A stretch of DNA of 63,398 nt, counting the filler, from Octopus bimaculoides (Eukaryota), in NCBI RefSeq assembly GCF_001194135.2. It is 6 parts of 5 records of this genome, joined end to end, with 100 filler letters (N's around TTAATTAATTAA, not from the genome) between each part and the next. Parts side by side here need not be neighbours in the genome. Positions count along the whole stretch, not along the records: positions 59,008 to 63,398 come from NC_068991.1; 5 more parts are not named here. One strand, 5' to 3'. Positions 63,161 through 63,398 of this stretch are shown one piece after another. Within the stretch, counting starts at the first letter, position 1. Every line of letters begins with the position of its first letter. The notes under the pieces are model-generated. The model did not search any database. It was not told the origin of the DNA and was given only the letters and a program-made list of their open reading frames with translations. Both the position numbers and the translations under genes were made by a program.

Positions 63161-63219
<59 letters not shown>

Positions 63220-63398
63220 GAGTGAGAGAGCAGTGCATGCCATCAAAGTGACACTGGGATAAAATATACGAAGCCCAATATACCCATCATGACTACCCGT
63301 CTGATAAGGGTACACCAGGCACATGCATCACAACCATATGTGCATGACATGGTGATCTCATATCAAGGTAAACAGCGCATGACCTCGCAGGTGGAGCC

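Overview
AT-rich, gap-ridden eukaryotic genomic DNA. The SINE families and extreme microsatellite load suggest an Octopus (coleoid cephalopod) draft assembly; this is inference from recalled repeat sequences, not a search. I found no convincing host protein-coding gene. Most ORFs in the track are microsatellite read-throughs or N-gap artefacts, and the rest are transposon remnants: a mariner transposase, CR1/L2-like, RTE and R4/NeSL-like LINE fragments, a Penelope-like RT plus GIY-YIG fossil, and an internally deleted Helitron with intact termini. About 30 SINE copies are also present. The most interesting signal is a set of minimal type-I hammerhead ribozyme folds (CUGANGA / stem II / GAAA / palindromic stem III / UH) in at least four unrelated short elements nested in (TA)n or (AAT)n tracts. 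Two are fully canonical (3764-3827 +, 20533-20602 -), one is a complete fold with a CUGUUGA core variant (23220-23256 -), and two form an inverted pair (53393-53438 -, 54904-54949 +). Other observations: several long inverted repeats (one arm copied into the middle of a SINE), a 278-nt GC-rich unit with 39-nt direct repeats and pseudoknot potential, repeated R4/NeSL-like LINE ends inside (AAT)n, and CpG-depletion switches that coincide with the artificial 100-bp TTAATTAATTAA scaffold joins. All alignments, folds and identities were done by eye.
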